DNA from: a virus
Taxonomy: Duplodnaviria; Caudoviricetes
Virus record (IMG/VR): IMGVR_UViG_2825252539_000001
Span: 64,001 to 128,000 of that record
DNA: 64,000 nt
Direction: 5' to 3' (one strand)
Shown: positions 60,996 through 64,000 of the stretch, piece by piece
How the letters are laid out: every line of letters starts with the position of its first letter
Numbering within the stretch: position 1 is the stretch's first letter
Made by a program: the position numbers and the translations under genes
Notes under the pieces: model-generated
Databases searched by the model: none
What the model was told of the DNA's origin: nothing
The model's input: only the letters and a program-made list of their open reading frames with translations

Positions 60996-62200
60996 CGGAA
61001 CTCGGACAACTCACCAACAATTCGTCGTATGACGATGTCGCACAGGCGATCATCCTCGAAGCCAAGCGTCGCGGATACACCCTCGAAGAGGCCATCGCAG
61101 TTGTCTCGGCGCTCATCCAGGAATCGGGATTGAAGCCCACAATCTGGGGGCCGGCCGGCAAGAGGATTACCTACGGGATCGCCCAGCAGGACGGCAGCTA
61201 TCCGAATCGGATGGACCCGAATGCTCAAGTCAGCGAATTCTTCAATCGACTTGACATCAAACGCAATTCACCCGCGCATGGGGACATCTGGGCCAACATT
61301 TTCTGGCTCCAGCAAGGGCCAAATTGGCCCAGCGCACAGTACGGCCTTGACAACGGTCGCAAGGCGTACATGACCGAAATCAAATCACACATCACCGAAG
61401 CCAACCGGCTCGTGAATCTTTACTGGGACGGAGGTAAGCCGGTGGCGGACAACCGACCAGACTTCAACGAGTTCCCCGTCTTCCTGACTGGAAACTCACA
61501 CGCTCGTGACATCAACAAGATTGACCTCTGGCTGCTCCACACCCAAGAGCCGCCCGTGGGTAGCGATAACCGCAACGACGCAGCGTTAGAACTGCGCAAC
61601 TTCCTGGAATCAACCAAGGGTGGCGCCAATCCCGTGAGCTATCACTACACGGGCAGCATGGCCAACGACGGCGGCACAACGGTAGTCGACTGTGTCGACA
61701 CCGATGACGCATGTTGGGCGGTGGGCAACTCCAACGACCGGTCGATCAACTTCTGTTTCGCCGGCACCCGGGCTGACTGGACCCGTGATCAGTGGATCAA
61801 CAACGAGCTTGGCTCGATCCTCGCCGCGGCGTATCTCTTCGTTCAGGACTGTAAGAAGTACCCGAAGCTGCAGCCCCGCGTCATCGCGCCGAACTACAGC
61901 GCGCCTCCGGGCGCGGCGGACCACAACTACTGCACGACCTATCTCAAGGACGGCAACGATCATCACGACGTCGGGCCGAACTTCCCGTGGGATCTGTTCA
62001 CCGCGGCAGTCAACAAGTTCGCCAGCGATAAGCCGGCTGATCCTGTAACTCCGGCTCGCCAGTTCCCGAAGGACTACACCGACCGCGAGCTGCTGGAGTG
62101 GATCGTTAACCAGCTCGGCGACGGAGACCCGTCTTGGCCGTCGAAGGGTATGACCGTCCGCGACAAGCTGTGGTCGGTCGCCACGAAGGTCGGCGCGTAG
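60992..62200 (+). CDS. Lysin A (N-terminal lysozyme-like domain, amidase_2, C-terminal binding region)
   Basis: QESGL...GIAQQ; LLHTQE, VSYHY, SINFCFAG, HHDVGPNFPWD. Confidence 0.93.
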   Translation: MTELGQLTNNSSYDDVAQAIILEAKRRGYTLEEAIAVVSALIQESGLKPTIWGPAGKRITYGIAQQDGSYPNRMDPNAQVSEFFNRLDIKRNSPAHGDIWANIFWLQQGPNWPSAQYGLDNGRKAYMTEIKSHITEANRLVNLYWDGGKPVADNRPDFNEFPVFLTGNSHARDINKIDLWLLHTQEPPVGSDNRNDAALELRNFLESTKGGANPVSYHYTGSMANDGGTTVVDCVDTDDACWAVGNSNDRSINFCFAGTRADWTRDQWINNELGSILAAAYLFVQDCKKYPKLQPRVIAPNYSAPPGAADHNYCTTYLKDGNDHHDVGPNFPWDLFTAAVNKFASDKPADPVTPARQFPKDYTDRELLEWIVNQLGDGDPSWPSKGMTVRDKLWSVATKVGA

Positions 62201-63582
62201 TGAAAGACGCTAACGGCAAATGGGTCGGATACGGCTTGGGGGATGTTGGCCCCCAGGTCGTTAAGATCCAACACCGACTCCTCGCGGCTTACCCCAAGAA
62301 CTCTCAGGCAAAGACGTTGGGCGTTGTTGAGTCTGGCCGCTACGACGAGGCAACGCAAACGGCCGTCAAGAACATTCAGCCGTTCCTCAACCTGCCGGCG
62401 ACCGGCATCGCAAACGCCGCAACCCAGCGTGCACTGGGTGTCGTCGACACGCCTGCACCAGCCCCGGTGTTTCCGCACCGGAAAATCTGGTTCTTCTCGG
62501 CGCCGGGTTCGGGAGCTGACTGGAACGTCGGCCCGTCGTTCGAAGTGGGGGAGATGGTTACCGGCAACCGCCCGGGTGACCCGAATCGCGAATCGCTGCA
62601 TATCAACCATCAGCCGCTGTCCTTCCTGAAGGGCGGCTATATGGGCCTGCTTGGCGGCAGCGCGACCGCTACGTACGTGGAGGTCACGTGGGACGAGTGC
62701 ATGTCATTGCTGCACTGTCTCGACGTCAACCCCGACGTGCAGGAAGCGCTCAATCTCGCTCTGGAGTACTGCACGCAAAAGGGCTGGAAGCCAGCTGATC
62801 TCACCGACGCGCAGATCGAGGAGATCGGCGACCATCTCGAACTCGAACTATGGATGTCGGGATACTCGCAGTCCGCCGACGGTCTAGAAGACGCACTGGA
62901 GCACTTGTTCGGAGACGGGGGATTCGTTCACCCCGGCAATCCGGCCAAGGTTCCAAGCGGCCCCGGCAAGTACCGCATCCTCCGCGGCTGCATCAACGGC
63001 GTTCCCCAGTTCGGCAATCCGTCCAAGCCGGTAACCGGCATCGCCCGCAAGGTGCGTCCGGACTGGCTCGCGCGCCGCGTCCACTGCATCACCAACACTG
63101 GCGACTTCTACGCCGAAGTTCCTGCCAGCGACCATATTCGGCCTGCGTTCTACGCCATCATCATTCAATCGGCGATCTCCCTGCCATTCATGGTGCATGT
63201 CCTGCGTATCGCAGTGCCGATCGTAATGAAGTGGGCGGCCACCCTGATGCCCGTGTTCGGTCCACTGCTGGGCGGTTTCGGGCCGATGGTTCAGATGGCG
63301 CTCGGTGGGTTGCAAGGCCTACAGGGGCTTGGTAATACTCCCGCCTTCGCCGGCCTGATGGGACAAGCAGCCCAACCTGGTGACGAGAAAGTCGACCACG
63401 ACCTAGAGCAAATACTAGAGCCGCAGGGGCTGCTGCAAAACATCCCTTCGCTCATTCAGTTGATCGCCGCCGTGGGTCCGGGTCTCGACGCTCACAACAC
63501 CTATCACCTTCCGAAGCCTGAGCACGACGGCCGGTCAGGCATTCAAGTCGCGTACGACATCGTCGCCGCGTTCCGGCGCTGA
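62200..63582 (+). CDS. Lysin B (mycolylarabinogalactan esterase)
   Basis: N-terminal peptidoglycan-binding WVGYGLGD; GYSQSA nucleophile elbow, FGNP, GDFYA, HNTY. Confidence 0.9.
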   Translation: MKDANGKWVGYGLGDVGPQVVKIQHRLLAAYPKNSQAKTLGVVESGRYDEATQTAVKNIQPFLNLPATGIANAATQRALGVVDTPAPAPVFPHRKIWFFSAPGSGADWNVGPSFEVGEMVTGNRPGDPNRESLHINHQPLSFLKGGYMGLLGGSATATYVEVTWDECMSLLHCLDVNPDVQEALNLALEYCTQKGWKPADLTDAQIEEIGDHLELELWMSGYSQSADGLEDALEHLFGDGGFVHPGNPAKVPSGPGKYRILRGCINGVPQFGNPSKPVTGIARKVRPDWLARRVHCITNTGDFYAEVPASDHIRPAFYAIIIQSAISLPFMVHVLRIAVPIVMKWAATLMPVFGPLLGGFGPMVQMALGGLQGLQGLGNTPAFAGLMGQAAQPGDEKVDHDLEQILEPQGLLQNIPSLIQLIAAVGPGLDAHNTYHLPKPEHDGRSGIQVAYDIVAAFRR

Positions 63583-63590
63583 GAGGACTC

Positions 63591-63824
63591 ATGCTTACAT
63601 TCAAATTCTGGAAGGGCACGGCAATCCGTGCCGTCCGCACCTTCGCCCAAACCTTCGGGGCGGGCAGCCTGGGTAATGGCCTCGACCTGTGGCATCTGGA
63701 CTGGAAGGCCTCGCTCGGAGTAGCTCTCGGCGCCGCCGTCGGTTCAGTTCTGATGTCGATCGACCGCGCCCCACAGGACCCTTCGGAACAGGACGTCTTA
63801 CCGACCTCCCCCGAAGCGGCCTAA
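63591..63824 (+). CDS. Holin (r1t-like)
   Basis: FWKGTAIRAVRTFAQT...DWKASL...SVLMSI; follows LysB. Confidence 0.85.
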   Translation: MLTFKFWKGTAIRAVRTFAQTFGAGSLGNGLDLWHLDWKASLGVALGAAVGSVLMSIDRAPQDPSEQDVLPTSPEAA

Positions 63825-64000
63825 TGGATATCACGGTGTACACGAAACCGGCTTGCGTGCAGTGCAATATGACGTACAAGGCACTTGACAAGCAGGGCTT
63901 GAGCTACAACGTCGTGGACATCACCGAGGACCATGCAGCCCGAGACCATGTCATGAGTCTCGGGTACTTGCAGGCTCCCGTGGTAGTAGCCGGCGAGGAC
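63824..64000 (+). CDS. nrdH: NrdH-like glutaredoxin (runs off the window)
   Basis: MDITVYTKPACVQC...LGYLQAPVVVAG. Confidence 0.92.
   Translation, partial: MDITVYTKPACVQCNMTYKALDKQGLSYNVVDITEDHAARDHVMSLGYLQAPVVVAGED

Larger units (their letters stand above)
1..64000. mobile_element. Mycobacteriophage genome or prophage (siphovirus), window spanning the joined right and left ends
   Basis: Complete packaging-head-tail-lysis gene order including LysB, high GC content, a Ku gene and a dense arm of small genes. No integrase or att site is visible in the window. Confidence 0.95.

Noticed and set aside
1-64000. tRNA genes, integrase/att sites, reverse transcriptase
   Set aside because: None recognised by eye; tRNAscan-SE and HMM searches would be needed to exclude them.

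Overview
This window is part of a high-GC mycobacteriophage (siphovirus, with Omega/Cluster J-like traits) and spans the joined genome ends, so it is either a prophage or a circularised assembly. Bases ~600-27030 are the genome's right arm: dozens of small leftward genes including Ku, a stand-alone DUF262, DUF3560 and orphan HigA-like and Phd-like proteins. They are driven by five SigA-type, mostly leaderless promoters whose -35 box sits inside a 20-bp palindromic operator. A probable cos site (TGAC-ATCC-GTCA) lies at ~27255. From 27347 to the end is the rightward virion region: an ATPase-only terminase paralog, HNH, TerS, TerL, portal, protease and capsid; a glycosylation cassette (3 glycosyltransferases plus a UDP-sugar dehydrogenase); connectors, major tail, +1-frameshift tail chaperones, tape measure and minor tails; an antisense esterase moron; and a papain-like protease, LysA, LysB, holin and NrdH. 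The most striking feature is a conserved minor tail gene interrupted at ~52011-52070 by a 56-nt element: a 17-bp perfect hairpin (20 bp with a G-U pair) containing a stop codon, plus matched Trp-Leu-Asn codon runs on either side of the gap. This resembles a programmed ribosomal bypass or mini-intron element. All protein family calls are by-eye motif recognition, not database searches.
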